Positions 1-15,301 of a stretch of 64,000 nt of DNA are shown one piece after another. Origin of the DNA: Octopus bimaculoides (Eukaryota); NCBI RefSeq assembly GCF_001194135.2, contig NC_068995.1:56256153-56320152 (forward strand). The letters run 5' to 3'. Numbering within the stretch: position 1 is the first letter of the stretch; every line of letters starts with the position of its first letter. The notes under the pieces were generated by a model, which saw only the letters and a list, made by a program, of their open reading frames with translations, made no database searches and was not told where the DNA came from. A program made the translations under genes and the position numbers.

Positions 1-656
1 CAAGGTGCCATGCATGCAGTGAGCCTGAACCCCAAACCACTTGGTTGCAATGAGAGCTTGTACTTTTTCAATTAGAAATACAATCTATCTATGAGCTTCG
101 ACATAGTTTCCATCTGCCCAACTTTGCTTATATGTGTACACATACATATTCATACATGTAAATAACAAATAAATTTAATGCCAATTAATAAAAAAAACAA
201 GTGAAAAAAGAAAATAATGGTATTGGTGATATTAATGATGAAGATGATGATGATGATGATGATGATGATGAGGAAGAGGAGCAGTAATACACTTGCACAC
301 AACTGAAAAGCAAAGAATACTACAGCCTGGATCAGGTCATGATGGCTCGAACAAATTTAAGAATAACCGAACACACTCACACTCACACACAAACACACAA
401 AATATAACAGAAACGAGCCAGAGAGTTATGGCATACATGATAGTAGTTGGAAATATTGGATCAATATCTTCAGAAGATAAATTCCACAGTGACCATATAA
501 CCCATAGGGGTCACTGTATACCAGGATATGAAGTTCTGTGTTTCTATGTACAACGGAAAGAATCTGCTTTAGCATCATTATAATTATAAGCACATTATAC
601 AGTTGTAAGAAGCAAAGCTTTCTTTGCTGAACAGAGCACAATTGAAATGAGCAAAA

Positions 657-797
657 GGTAGGCGTAGGCGTGGCTGTGTGGTAAGAAGCTTACTTCCCAA
701 CCACATGGTTCCAGGTTCAGTCTTCTACTGTAGCCTTGGCCCCGACCAGAGCCTTGAGTGGATTTGGTTGGTGGAAACTGAAAGAAGCCCGTTGTTA
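657..797 (+). mobile_element. Abundant tRNA-derived SINE (family 1)
   Basis: A-box tggctgtgtggt, B-box ggttcagt(ccc), body gaccagagccttgagtggatttgg...gaaactgaaagaagcccg. More than 15 copies occur in the window. Confidence 0.8.
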
Positions 798-835
798 GGA
801 GGCACAAGCACTTACACACACATGTACACACGCGA

Positions 836-988
836 TGGTAACTTCCACCTACCAAATTCATTCACAAGGCTTCAGTCGGCCCAAGGCTAAAGCAGAAGGC
901 ACTTGCTGAAGGTGCCACACAGTGGGACAGAACCCAAAACCATGTGCTTAGGAGGCAAACTTCCTACCACACAGCCACTCCCATGCCT
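836..988 (-). mobile_element. tRNA-derived SINE family 1 (inverted relative to the 657-797 copy)
   Basis: Reverse complement of the same consensus, starting about 40 nt after the plus copy. Confidence 0.75.
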
Positions 989-1569
989 ACACACACACAC
1001 ACACACACACACACACGCCTAATGTTAGCTTGGCTCTGCTAAAATAAACAAACACAACTATTTGATTAGGAATGTCCAGACAGCTTTTGAATGTTGACCG
1101 ATTGGTCAAAAGTCTGAAAACTGATTCCTCTGCCATTTAATCCAGCATTGGTCACAGATGTAAAATAACACCTCCACAAGAACATGGTTCTATGACAGAT
1201 GATAGAAGAACCATTGCATAAACATTGGTATCTTACATTATATATGAATGTCGAGGACAAAATGATTAGCAATAAATATAGAGAGAAATGAGTGACGCCA
1301 TGTTTATTCCTCGCTTATTTTAATCTTTCCTACATCTTATAACAACCAAGATGGAATTCCATATATTTTTAAGGATGTCTAAAATTGAAAGGAGTCTGCA
1401 ACACAGTCATTTTGCTTAGACTTGACTGTAAAGAGAATACATGTAAACAAATTACATTGAACTATATACATGTACATGTGTGTGTGTGCGTGTATGCTTA
1501 TAAATGAATATCACTTTCCGTTTTTGCTTGTTTTAGATCCTAATATTTTTGCTGAGCCACTCAGATGAA

Positions 1570-1785
1570 CCCTTTCGTTACTGCATTTCTGTTGAGATGC
1601 TCTGTGTTTCAATTACTTTAAATATAACAAAGAATTTAGTGAAATAACTTAGTTATCATTCAGCTAGTGTTAGGAACATAAATTGTGACTAAGGTTTGCT
1701 GGAAGATTTTAATTCAGAACTTATGAAAACAAGACATTTGTAATCAGAGCCAGAGCTGGTTTGTGCTGGGTTGGTAAAGAAAGGG
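1570..1785. mobile_element. piggyBac-type MITE
   Basis: Ends CCCTTTCGTTAC...GTAAAGAAAGGG; flanks tgaa and ttaa (TTAA TSD, left copy mutated). Confidence 0.7.
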
Positions 1786-2690
1786 TTAAAGGGACATAAA
1801 CAAACTAACACTGGTTGCCAAGCAGTGAAGGGAGACAAACACAAAGATACACACACACATGCATGTATGAATATATATATATATTTATGTGCATGAACAT
1901 GTATGTATATGTGTATGTATGTATACATATTTACATGTGTATGTGTGTATGTATGTGTGCATGTATAAGTTTTGATATTACAAACAGAAAACACAGAACT
2001 CAAAATTTGAGTATAAATATTTGTACACTCATATTTTGAGTTCTACGTATCCTGTTTGTAATACCAAACTTATTCGCACACACACACACACACACATGCA
2101 CATACGCACTTATATACATATTTTTCCATATGTATACACATTTACATACATATATGTAGTATATGCATATATGTATGCACATATATATAGATAAGCAAAT
2201 ATGAATATACACACAAGCATATAAATATACACAGACATCAGTGGCACATTTATATCTCCTGCTATGGGTTGGTCATCTAATTATTAAGGGATATATACCA
2301 AAAAAATAAATAAATAGACATACCAGCAATGTATACAGAACGTGTATCTGCATGTTAGCATAATTCTACGTCTTTATGACATGGTAAGGTTAAATGCATG
2401 TGATCATAAATGCATGTGTCATTGCATTAAATGTGCAGATTATTAATTCATAATCTGTTTACCCAAAAGTTAGCACACTGCATTCTGGGATAGCTAATGG
2501 TGTGCAGCAGCAGCAGTTGTTCAGTTGAAGAGAGTCTGCAAAAGTGTGAAGTTCTTGTGATTCATTCAATTAGTTATTGAAATAAGAACAAATATTGATT
2601 TATATATTACCCCACCTTTTCATCTTAAGGTAAGATTCAGTATAAGTTTATCATTTGTTAGATAATAATAAATACATTCGTTTACTCTTT

Positions 2691-2965
2691 AAGCAGTTTC
2701 TTTCTTTTTTTATGTTCTTATTTTTTGTGTGTATGTTTGTGTGTTTTAGACCTTTTGATACCAAACTTCCGAAGACCATCTCTGATTCTACAATAGAAAC
2801 CTCCAGTTTTAAAATGATCCAAATTAAAAGCTTTCTCCAAAATTTCATGTTAATTTATCTTACAAATATCAGCTTAATAATGACAAAATTACTTCACTAA
2901 ATTCTTTATTTATTTCAAAGTTAATTAAAACACAACCAGTGTATTTCATTATGGTAATGAAAGGG
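2691..2965. mobile_element. piggyBac-type MITE (decayed left end)
   Basis: Left ccttttgatacc, right ggtaatgaaaggg|ttaa. A similar right end lies at about 31156 (ggataccaaaaggg|ttaa). Confidence 0.5.
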
Positions 2966-3187
2966 TTAAATTTAAAAAGAATTCTCTGCTGGAGCCATAT
3001 CAGTTCTTATAAATATCTATGGATATGGTTGTATGGTTAAGAAGTGTTCAACTCAAGAACACGATGCCCTTATTTATTTAAGTCTGGTACCTATTCAATT
3101 AATCACTTTTACCAAACTGCTAAGTCTTGGATGGGTGTCAGTGTAAATAAGCCAAAACTACTTATTGAGTAATGGTGAAAAACAAAC

Positions 3188-3247
<60 letters not shown>

Positions 3248-5233
3248 CAGGCTTCTTTTGGTTTCTATCAACTAAATCTACTCACAAGGCTCTAGTTGGC
3301 CTTTGGGCTTTGCTAGAAGATTGGACCCATGCTTCTTAACTGCACAACATATCATCATCATCATCATCATCATCCTTTAGTGTCCATTTTCCATGCTGGC
3401 ATTGGCTGGATGGTTTGACCAGAGCTGGCAAGCTGAGAAGCTGCACCAGGTTCCAGTCTTTTATTTGGCTTGGTTTCTGTGGCTGGATACTCTTCTTAAT
3501 GCCAACCAGCTTACAGTGTGTGCTGGGTGCTTTCAATGTGGCCCCAACATGAGCACTACCACATGGCACTGGCACGAGTCCTTTTTACAAGTGCTTGGAA
3601 GCAGGCAAAGGTTGGTGATAGGAAGGACATCCAATCAGGATTCAAACTCAGAGCATAAAGGTACTTAGTTTTAAGTTTGGCACTTATTCTACCAGTCTCT
3701 TTCGCTGAACCATCAGAGTACAGGGATATAAACAAACCAACACTGGTTGTCAAGCAATGTGGAGAGAACACACACACAAATTCTGGCCCCTGTGCTGGAG
3801 GAACGTAAAAAGCACCCACTACACTCTCGGAGTAGTTGGCGTCAAGAAGGGCATCCAGCTGAAGAAACATTGCCAGAACAGATTGGAGCCTGGTGCAGCC
3901 TCCTGGATTCCCAGACCCCACTTGAACCGTCAAACCCATGACAGCATGGAAAACAGACGTTAAATGATGATGATGATGATGATGATATATATATATGTAT
4001 ATATATAACAGGCTTCTACAAAGTTTCTGTCTACTAAATTCACTCATAAGGCATTGGTTGGCCTGGCATGGTAGAAGAATACACTTGCCTAAGGTGTTGC
4101 ACCTGGAATAAATACTGCTGTCTTGTACAGGTTGAAAGCCAGAAAGCAGCGGTGGGGTGGGGGGTGAGTTGATTATATTTTCTCTAGTGCCTGACAGGAA
4201 CTGTAGCTTATCAACGCAAAAGCCACAGTTGACCTCAGTCAGATTTGAACCCAGAATGTAACGAGATGAAATTCATTCATTTATTTATTTCCTTATTTTT
4301 GCTTTATAGTGAGAGACATTATGTATAGTGCAGAACTAATTCTGTCCTTATGTAAAGAATCAATGTTAAAAACAAAAATATGCAAAAACAGACACGGAAT
4401 AATGCTCCTGATAAATAATATATGAAGAATGGTGATAAGAACTATTGTATAGAATTAAGAAAAGGTGATATGATGCTGTTGCAGTTTTTAGAGGTAAAAA
4501 TGGAATCATTTTTTCTCTCTTCATTCATTTTTTTCCCCCCACCTAAAAATCCCTTTAAACATTAACAAAAATATTTGAACTTCTCAACGAGTTTCATATC
4601 ATATTAAATAAAGATGGGGGTGAACAAGAAAAAGAACAAAAAAAAAAAACAACTAAATGCAAATGACAGAAATATTAATTTGACTAACAAGAACATATGA
4701 AAAGTAAAATAAAAAAATAAAGCGGGAAAAGAGAAGGAATACGGGGAAGAAAATTATATAACTATATAGCATTAGAGTACAAAAAAAAAAAGAAATATGG
4801 TTTAATACATATTCTTTGATATTTCTAAAGCCATACAGAAAGGATGTTGGAATAAACCATAACATAAGCAAGCTTTTTCGTTGCTTCTTTTACAAGGGTA
4901 CAAAACATGGATGCCAGAAGTTTTCTTAGCAGAGGGAAATGTGATGCAAATGTAAATTTGATGATATGCACAACTGAGTACAGAAAAAAAACAAAACGAA
5001 GACAAACAACAACAAAAAAGATATGATTAGAAAAAACAATAACAAAAAAATAACAAACAAATTACAAAGTATACGAGAAGTTAATCAGGATGTTATAGCA
5101 TGGAATTACATTATTTCTTAATAATTAACTAAAGTTGAACTTGACTGCAAGCAATGTTTAAGGCGACTGATTTGTTTTTTATATAAACACAAATTCAAAA
5201 TGCATACAAGCACGCATATTTTTACATATTATA

Positions 5234-5265
<32 letters not shown>

Positions 5266-5383
5266 AATACATACATATATACATATATATAACTATACAC
5301 ACACACACACACACACACAGATACACTATTCTTGTGCTTGCATGCAAATCAAGAGATGCATTTAAACACTTGTAGTACATATA

Positions 5384-5449
<66 letters not shown>

Positions 5450-6095
5450 TATATATAAAATTACACACCCACACACATTCTTTTCCTGTTACATACATAT
5501 AGACATGTTTTTATTTATATTTTTTTAGTGTGTTTATGTAGGCATATAAGTGTGTGTGTGTGTGTGTGTGTGTGCACAGAAACAAATAAAACATATATAT
5601 TTTGAGAATATTCTTTAAAATATTATTCTTAGTTTTATAAATCTGAATATATTGACTCAAGTTTAAAAAAAAGACTGCATTGAAACGTGAGGACAATTCT
5701 AATAGGCACCAATCAATAATTTAAAAGGAACTTTCAATTCTTAAAACAGTTTGTACTTCTCCATGTATATGATGGATAGTAAAGAAAAACACATGAAACA
5801 GAGAATTCTTGTGATTAAGCTCAAGGCCATTTTTCTTTTTCCTGCTAAGGTGTGTTATATATTTTGAATGATTCCAAAGTAGACTGGCCATAACTTTTTT
5901 GACTTTTTGTTTTTTTTAGTTAAGACTTAAAAAGAAAGAAAGAATAATAAAAGTTCAGGTGGGATTTGAACTTATAAATATGAAGTCTTCCTAATCAACA
6001 TATTGTGTAAAGTTCTTAGTTTGGTCTCTTTATTCTGTGTTGTATACGTGATAAACAAAGAAAGAATGTTATGTTCAGCAATTGTTGCAAATCCT

Positions 6096-6120
6096 ACATT
6101 TCATTCTTGATGACCTGATA
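6096..6120 (+). mobile_element. Isolated mariner TIR plus TA
   Basis: acatttcattcttgatgacctgata is the exact reverse complement of 29264-29288. Confidence 0.7.
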
Positions 6121-6123
6121 TAT

Positions 6124-6256
6124 ATAAATCCAAATTGAGTGAGTAGAGCAGGTGAAGTTCAAGCCACATATGTGTTCCCCAGCTAGCAGGATCTACTAGC
6201 TATGAAACACATGTAACCTGAACTTTACCTGCTCCACTCCCTCAATTTGGATTTTT
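6124..6256. repeat. About 130-bp whole-length fold-back (MITE-like or RNA hairpin)
   Basis: aaatccaaattgagtgagtagagcaggtgaagttca...agctagcaggat pairs with ctactagct...tgaactttacctgctccactccctcaatttggattt, with few mismatches and essentially no spacer. Confidence 0.85.
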
Positions 6257-6457
6257 ATTAGCATTCATAGTGATTCAAGTTGCTAAACGTCGACTATATA
6301 AAAAATTTGTTTAGCTTATCAAAATTTGATATGAGAAAAGCCTACAACCCTTGCTAATAAGCAATTACTGTTCCTGAATATTGTTTTCTTATACCTACCA
6401 TGGACTGCTCAAAGCTTACAAACTTCCTACACTTAGCTCCTTGGATCTTGTAATTAC

Positions 6458-6522
<65 letters not shown>

Positions 6523-9191
6523 CATACATACATATAAAGTCATGACTAGAGCTGTACTGACACAGCTAACCAGTTCTCTCTCTTCGAGTCTCTCTCACTC
6601 TCTCCACACACACACACACATACATGCAAAATTGTGTATGCAAGAGAAGTGCAACAGTAGATGCAAAAGTGTACTTTTACAGCAGCAAGCGTAAAACTAA
6701 TTAAAGATGTCAGATGTAAAGCACCAGACACTGTCAGATCGACTGTACAAGGTGGTGGTGGTGTTTGTTGTTGTTGTTGTGCTGGTTAAAACTTGCTGAC
6801 TCTGCTACTCTCAGAATGAGACAGTTATGTGTGTGTGTGTGTGTGTGAGATCAGATAAGCCAAGCTCCAGTTGCAGATGAAATGCAAGTCTGTGCAACAA
6901 ACCTATGCAAGAGACTAGTAACTTAAAGCAATGGTGCAAGAGATGGTCAGATGACAAGCAAAGTGTGATGCTAATACTCAGTTACAGATACAACAGATCA
7001 CTTTCATATAAGAGAAAACCGCTTTTGAAAATATTATAGATTTTTGATAGAGACCCTAGAATGTTATGAAATATGAATACATTTGAGTGTGTGGGTGTTT
7101 ATATGTAAACACACACACATATACACTAACATAAAGATGTATATGTATGCCTTGGTAAACACACACGCATACACATCATTGTTTATTGTCCACTTTTCAA
7201 TACTTGCATGAGTTAGGCAGACTTTATTAAGACAAATCTTCTATGACTGGATGCCCTTCCTGTCACCAACCCTCACCTCTTTCCAAACAAGGCAGTATTT
7301 CTCTTTGGACAGACACATTTGCACAAAATACTGGAAATGAATAGCACTGTTTCTATGACAGTACACACATACACACACAGAGTGGACTTCTTTCAGACAC
7401 TGCCAACAAAATCCATTTATAAAACTTTCATGTAATTGAATTCAAACTTATGTAGTTGGGAAGTAAACTTCTTATCTTCCTATCACAAAGCAACTCTCAG
7501 TAAAAGGAGCTTAAGACAAGGTCAGATGTTGGAAATACATTTTACATTACATTATACTTCATTTATTTGATAAGCTTGCAGAGGGTTAAACATATGGCCA
7601 TTTGTGATGAATCATTTTAATTTTAGTGTTAATATAATACACATATATTCTCTCTCACACACACATGATTGTACATAATGTCTAACATGCACATGCAGCT
7701 TGGAAGGTGCATATTAGTGGTCATGTTTGCATATTTGTGAAACACAAAACATTGAAGGCAAATACATACATACACACATAGAAGGTGGACGTTAACTGAT
7801 GATGATCTATATAAACACATACATATGCACACATATGCATGTATAAATATGTGTGTGTATATTATGGTGTGTTATTTCAGTGTAAAGAAGGTGAAACAAA
7901 TAATCAAATACACAAACAAATATCAGGAAAAGATGAAAAGAAAAGGAAGCAATGTCTTTGGGTTATGAAGGACTTGGAATTAAAAAAAAAAGATGTAAAA
8001 TTGTCTTATTTTCTTACTCTATTCACATACTTTCTAAAGCTACTTCATTAAATTAATAGTGGTCATTACTATTTTTCCCTTGTTGTTTAAAAATCTGTAA
8101 ATTCAGGGTGAAAACTGTGTGTGATTTGATCTAGAGAATCAATAAAATATACATGTGCACCCACATACATAAACACACACACACACACACAGGATGATTG
8201 CCTTATTTTCAGAAATGATCGTGAGACACCTGTAAGTCACTGGGTTTAAGTGACAGAGGTATTTTTTGCAATTCTCCCAGTTACCATTATAGGTTCCAGT
8301 GACAAGTATTGCAAAATGTCTGGGAACCATTTTGACTGCAAGTTTTATGTCAGAGAATCTTTCTCCTGGAAGAGCAGCCGTTTCCAAAGCTTCATAAAAA
8401 AAAAAGCTTTCTTTACTTTTGGAAAATCTCCTTAACTCATAAATGGGACCCTGATAGTTACAACCATTCGGGGTCAGAATGAACCTGGGAGTAACAGTAA
8501 TTAAGGGGTGTCTCTGACAAGCTCCCCATGCCTTCAGAGCTCCCAAATTGGAGCCTCCACCACCAGATGCAGTTTGATATCCGACCCAGAACTGGAAATC
8601 TATTTAATCCATAGCCAGGATTCTGAGAAATTACAATAAACACAAGTTAAAACTAAACATACTTAAATATATATAATGGGTTTCTTTCAGTTTCTGTCTG
8701 TGAAATCCACTCACAAAACTTTGGTTAGCCCAGAGCCATTTAAAGGTACATTTGGGTTACCTGAGAGTACAGTGGGACTATTTGAGAGTGCAGGTAGGTA
8801 ATTAGTTGTATCATTAGAGAATATGATTGGGTTGTTAAGTATAGCTGAGTCATTTGTGAGTATACCTCAGTCATTAAAATTTAACGATTTATAATACCGT
8901 AAAACTTATTTATAATTATAATAACATAGAAAAACGTTTTGATAAGAATAAAAAAAAGCATGAGAGAAAAGANNNNNNNNNNNNNNNNNNNNNNNNNNNN
9001 NNNNNNNNNNNNNNNNNNNNNNNNNNNNNNNNNNNGGCGAGGTGGAAGACAAAGTATGCAACACTCACAGAGAAGATATATATATATATATATATATATG
9101 CATGAGAGAGAGAACTTTCATGTGTGTGTGAGAGATAGGGAGGGAGTGAAAGGTGTTGAGAGAGAGAGAGAGAGGAAGAAAGAAAGGTAGT

Positions 9192-9223
<32 letters not shown>

Positions 9224-10711
9224 GAAGGAGAAGGAGGGGAGGTAGAGAATGTCCAAAGAAGGAAGTCTGGTGAAGTGGACTGAAATAGGAGAAAGAGGAA
9301 GGACTTAAGAGACGCTATATAGCTTTCTCTCTCTGCCTTTTTCTCTCTAACTGGTGGCCAGACATCCAGGTTCATCAATAGCCAAAGGGACTTTGTCAAT
9401 ACAACATGTTTTTAGGTTAAGGCTAAGCATTAATAACAATATCCACAGAGAAATCTCTCGACTTTTCATAAAAACTGCAGGTCAAAAGTCACAGTAAACA
9501 GACGATGATGGAAGCTGGTCATGTTGGCCATATTGTAAAGGGACAACAAAGTGGCATAGCATCAACTCGAGGATGCAATTGTGTGTGCGTGTGTGTGTGT
9601 GTGTGTGTTGTATTCCATTTTTGTGTAGAAAAAAGACAAAACAAAAACAACTACAAAGAACTACAAGTCAATTTCGGACAAGAAAGCAGGCAGCTCTTTA
9701 GAAGTATTGGTTGTGTGTCCCTCAGGCCACTTCTAAACAACAATGTACAACTTATTTTTGCATAATATGAAGGAATAACGAAGGATTATCTGACTTTTTA
9801 CCAAGAAATTTCTGTTGTTTTATCCATCTTTACTCCCTCACCAACAATCACATCGAACCCCACCCCCAACCCAATGGAACACAAACCCTAAACCTAACCC
9901 AACATAAACCACACCACTAATAGAAGCAAAGAGAACAACTGCTAGCGGCACTGATTGTTGCAGTATGTGATGTGTACAGCAGAGCTGAAGAACTTAGAGG
10001 TCTTTTGGATCATCCAGTACCTGAGGAAAAATAGTAGAAGCAACCGGGTTTTTAAGATGTTACCTGCAGCTAAAAAAGGACACACAGTGGTGACTGCAGT
10101 CTACTGAAGAGATGGATGGATATAAACAGCGATCATATTGGTGTCAGTAATGCTGATGATATTGGTGGTGAGAAGAGGGTGGGGTAAATGAAACAGAAGG
10201 GCTCATGGATAGAGTAAGGTGTGATAATACACAGAAAAGAGAGAGAGAAGAAAAAAAGAAAGAGAAAAAAAAGAAAATCTAGTGAGGAGGAATGGGAGTA
10301 TTTATTTATAAGTTTATTATTATTGTTTTTGGTTTGTTTTTTTTGCATTAACTTCCATAAATGATCAGGATTCTTTTCCATTAGCTCACCAGTTGTCAAA
10401 TAATGTCCTATGAGTAGCATTTGGAGAACAAACCCCATGCTGTCAAAAGAAAACAAACAACCAGCAAAAGAAAATAAAAATCATAATAAAAACTATGATG
10501 AAATCAGGAAGGATACAGAGAGGTTTTCTTCTTTTTTTTTTTTTTCTTGGAATGGCTAGGCAATGGAATTAGGCTTTACTCAATATGCTAATTTATGTAA
10601 ATGCTATGGTGTTTACTATCATACATACTGGTTCTGGTCTTTCCGCAAGGAATATTGTCTTCATTTGCATATATCAAATTATTAAATGTATTTACAAAAC
10701 TCAATCTTCAG

Positions 10712-10720
10712 ACTACTACG

Positions 10721-10772
<52 letters not shown>

Positions 10773-10843
10773 TGAATAATAATAATGATGAAGATGATGG
10801 TATATGATTTCTAGCATCAATTAATATTGATTTCTATAATAAC

Positions 10844-10875
<32 letters not shown>

Positions 10876-10900
10876 TAATAATAATAATGATAATAATAAT
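10712..10900. repeat. (TAC)n followed by (AAT)n microsatellites
   Basis: Directly visible; source of the poly-Y/T ORFs. Confidence 0.95.
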
Positions 10901-11010
10901 AATTTTATGAAACTAATAAATTATTTAAAGCTGTTAAAAGCAGATGTGATGATATAAAGAAGTAAAAGTGGAAAAAGATATTAAATGGATCATTTAAGTG
11001 CAGTGTGTGC

Positions 11011-11099
<89 letters not shown>

Positions 11100-14000
11100 T
11101 TTAACATATATTACCAACTGAAATGATCATTTGCTAAAGTGTATGTCTGTACTGACACTTAATTTAAAAAATTTTTTGTATTTTGCAGAGAAAGTAAGAT
11201 TTTCGGAGAAGAAATGGGAAGCTGTGATGTTTGTCTTTTTCAAGAACATTAGTAATCATTATTATTCAACCTCATTATCATTGTTACCGTCATCATCTTC
11301 ATCCTCAACATTGTCAGCATTATTATTCATGTCAGCACTCCACCCACCATCATCATCCTCAATACTGCTTGGCAGAGGGGTGTCATTTTTATGCTCATAC
11401 CCAGGTGTAATTAAGCCAATTACATCATGGCAGTGTAGGGTTCATCAAACTGGCAGGATCTCAAGCTCAAATTTACAACCTTCATATTGGACCATGGCTG
11501 GTGGAGAGAACATGTTGAGACCCTTGTCCAGCAGTAGACTGCATATGGGTGACCCAATCCAACGATGTTATGACGATTGCTGCAACTATGCAACAATGTT
11601 ATGACGATTACAGTCGTCTCCCAGTCCCCTTAACCTTTCTGATTCACTTTCATTCTTGCATGGGAGCAGCCATGACTGACCATGTTACCATACAACCCCT
11701 GCCATGGGACTTTATAAAATACAAAGCAGATCAAGAAATGAAATGAACAGCAACACATCCGCTTTAACGTTCGCTTTCCGTGCTAGCATGGACTGGATGA
11801 TTTGACTGAGGACTGGTGAACCAGATGGCTGCACCAGGCTCCAATCTGATTTGGCAGAGTTTCTACAGCTGGATGCCCTTCCTAACGCCAACCACTCAGA
11901 GAGTGTAGTGGGTGCTTTTACGTGCCACCAGCATGAAGGCCAGTCAGGCGATACTGGCAACGGCCATGCTCAAAATGGTGTATTTTACATGCCACGTGCA
12001 CAGGAGCCAGTCCAGCGGTACTGGCAATGATCTTGCTCTACAATATTGGTACCAACTTTTGGCACAAGACCAGCAACTTCAGGTGAGGAGGTAAGTCAAC
12101 ATCAACTTCAGGGTTCAACTGGTCCCTTGTTTTGTCAACCCCGAAAGGATGAAAGGCAAAGTCGACCCTGGTACCATTTGAACTTAGAACCAAAAATCAG
12201 GAGACTTTATGTTCTAAGAATGCCTTCTGGCATGTTGACAATTCTGCCAGCTTACTACCTTTACCATTTAGCATTTAAACTGATCATATCTGGCTCAAAT
12301 GTTCTACCTGTTTTATCTTCAAACTGGCCAGATCCAGCCTCTCACACCTACCCTACAAAGTCGTTCTAAAAATATGCAATCCCATCATCAAAATCTCAAA
12401 GTTATGGGAAAATGCATGATTAATTAAAAGCAGATTAAATAAGCATTAGATTTGATAAATTAATCTGAATATTAAAGGGTTAAGATATCGTGATATCATT
12501 GACCTATGAATGGATTCAGTGAGATTCTATGCAGTCACTCTCCTGTTAGGAATGCTAAAAATCACAGCCAAATCCCCTTAAATTTCCACCTTAATCTAAT
12601 AATGTTGGTGACAATGGTTCCTGGTGATGAGAAGGAGTGGTGGATTGACATAGTTTTCCAAAGGTACCTTCCTACTGCACAATTTAGGATGGATAAAAAA
12701 AAAAAATCAACATAAAAAATTAACAAAGTTTATGGTTAAGAACTGAAAAAAAATCTAAGAGGAACAACAAATATATTATTGTACAAAGTAATTAACTGCT
12801 AAATTTTCAAATCCCATTTATTTTTCAAGATAAAGTTCTGAAAAACATAGNNNNNNNNNNNNNNNNNNNNNNNNNNNNNNNNNNNNNNNNNNNNNNNNNN
12901 NNNNNNNNNNNNNNNNNNNNNNNNNNNNACCTCAGAATAGATAAAAACACAAAACAAAAAAAAGGTTGCTCTGGTCATATGTTGCATCGAATGTAGTTGT
13001 GTTGATGAATACGGAGAGGGTGGTGGTGGTGGTGGTGAGATTTTGAGATAGATAAGAAATATAATAGCTTGGGGTTTTGCTACATTTTCCGTGTGTGAAT
13101 GAGTGTGTATGCACATGTATGTGTGTGTGTGTGTGTGTTGCTTTATGAGTGTGAATATAGGTTGAGTGCATCTGCTCATCGCCATGCGTGTGCTAATGTA
13201 AGTACATACATATGCTTGAATGCGTGTGTGTGCTTGTCTCTGTGTGTTTCATAAAAATATGTTTATGTTTGCAAAGCATGTGTTTGCATGTTTGTATACA
13301 TCTATACGTGAATGTGTATGTGTGTGTGTATGTGAGTGTAGGTGGGGGAGGAGGTGGTTGCGAATATGAAAAAAAGATGGGAAGACGAAGGGAGAGTATG
13401 AAAATAAAAGAGAGATAATAGCAGGTAGGCTGTAGATGGAAGATAATACAATATAGAGATATTGAAAGCTTTTTGTTCAGGTGTTGAGATAAATTATAAA
13501 GAGTAATAAAAAAACAGCAGTCATGCCCAGTTTGAGGAGTGATGTTGTTGGACCTCAATGTCGGAAACATCGACAGGAATAGACTTGCCTTGCTATTCAA
13601 TGCTAGTGCCAGCTATTCATCAGTAACACCTTTATCTAACTGTGTTTATGTGCACACATGTGTGCATGTGTGTGTGTGTGTGTGTGTGTGGAGTGGGGCA
13701 GGCAGACACTAATGTTCACACATGTGTGATGTGTGCAGAATATCATCAACACGCTCCAGTTAGCTTGATTTGTTGCTTGGTTTCCTACAGGACTTGGAAG
13801 CAGGTTCAATCCTGTCTTAAAACCAAACAGACAATTTCTGTTTTCCTGGTAAAAACAAAAGGGACAGACTGAACAAAAGAAGAAGATGTGAACCCAGCAA
13901 GCAATATCACAGGTAACCTGTCTGGGGGAGGGATAACTCCCAAATAAAAGGTGAGAGGATTTAGATGAAAGCAATAATTTAGAAGGAGTGAACTTATGTT

Positions 14001-14133
14001 GACTGGTAATAACGAGTTACTTGTTAACTTACAATCTTCAAGTGGCCACCAAAGGGTAATTTAGAGTCTGTTACACACAGTATCTTGTGACAGGATTTGG
14101 TAGACAGAAACTGAGAGATGCTCATCTACTCAT

Positions 14134-14167
<34 letters not shown>

Positions 14168-14690
14168 AATATACATACATGGTTCAAATTTAGAGAGAAC
14201 GAAAGATGAAGATAGGTGAAGATCCAAAGCCTTCAGAGTACCTCACTTGATGATAAACACCAGCTTACACCAACAAGTGATGATGGTTCTTTATGCAGTG
14301 TCCAGTGGCAATGAATGAAGCAGGCATCTGTGCCAGGGCATTGAAACAGCAGAAACAGGATTGTGAAGCAATGGAAAACTGTCAAGGATTCAAATTTGTG
14401 GGCCCCTGGGCAAATCATTGCATTTAGGCCCAATAATATTTATTTATTGACAGAAGTCACAGCATGGATTTTAAGGCCCCATAGGAGGAAATCAATGCAC
14501 ATGGCTTAACAGTAGTTATTTGGCAGGAAGCCACTGCATACATAGATTAGAATTGAACCTCTAGATACTTGGGTCCCTGGGTAAGTTCCTCTTAAGAGGG
14601 TGCTGGCAACAATGCAATAATGATGAGTTTCAATTTCCATGATGTGATTCTTTAATGCAATATAACTGAAAGGGTCTCTCACATCCTCTC

Positions 14691-14741
<51 letters not shown>

Positions 14742-15301
14742 CAGAGTTTTGTTTCTAAATACAATTATCACGTGACACATATTTTCCCTCTCAATCTTTA
14801 AAAAGAGTATTTTTCTCCTCTTCCTCTTTTCACAAATATATTGTTAGATCTATTTTTTCTCCCCCCCCCCCCACCATTTCCTCAAATTATCTCCCTTGTG
14901 ATTAGAAGAATCGTTTCTGGTCATATTCAAAATACGGAACACATTTACATACCATTCGAACCACCAATATGATTTATAGAATGGTAATAACGAGAAAAAT
15001 GAATGTGTATAAGACATAATTCAGACTTCAAATAAAAATCAGAACCAAAATAAACACACTAACTGCCAAACACTTTATTTCAGCACCAACAGGAAATGTG
15101 TGTCAGTCACCGATGATTCTGGATACAAGAGAGTTATCATGGCGCTGTTTCTGTGAGATTCAAGTAGCTCTTCTTTAAGAGCAAGATCAATTTCATCTAT
15201 TCCTTGCTTCAACGGCTTCATGATATCATTGAGGTATTTAAGGAGATGAAGCAGACAATCAGTAAAGTCATTGCATGCCATAACTGTCACCAAGTACTTA
15301 C

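Noticed and set aside
8139-8546. 135-aa minus-strand ORF with a plausible-looking middle
   Set aside because: Its 5' part lies in what appears to be a dispersed repeat and its 3' end in (CA)n. No recognisable domain or convincing splice sites.
9880-9905. Telomere-like aaccctaa/acctaaccc
   Set aside because: Only one or two degenerate units; no array.
13790-13912. Plus-strand segment with a good acceptor (tttcctacag) and a possible donor
   Set aside because: Stops occur in all three frames before the donor. Could be a non-coding exon, but there is no supporting evidence.
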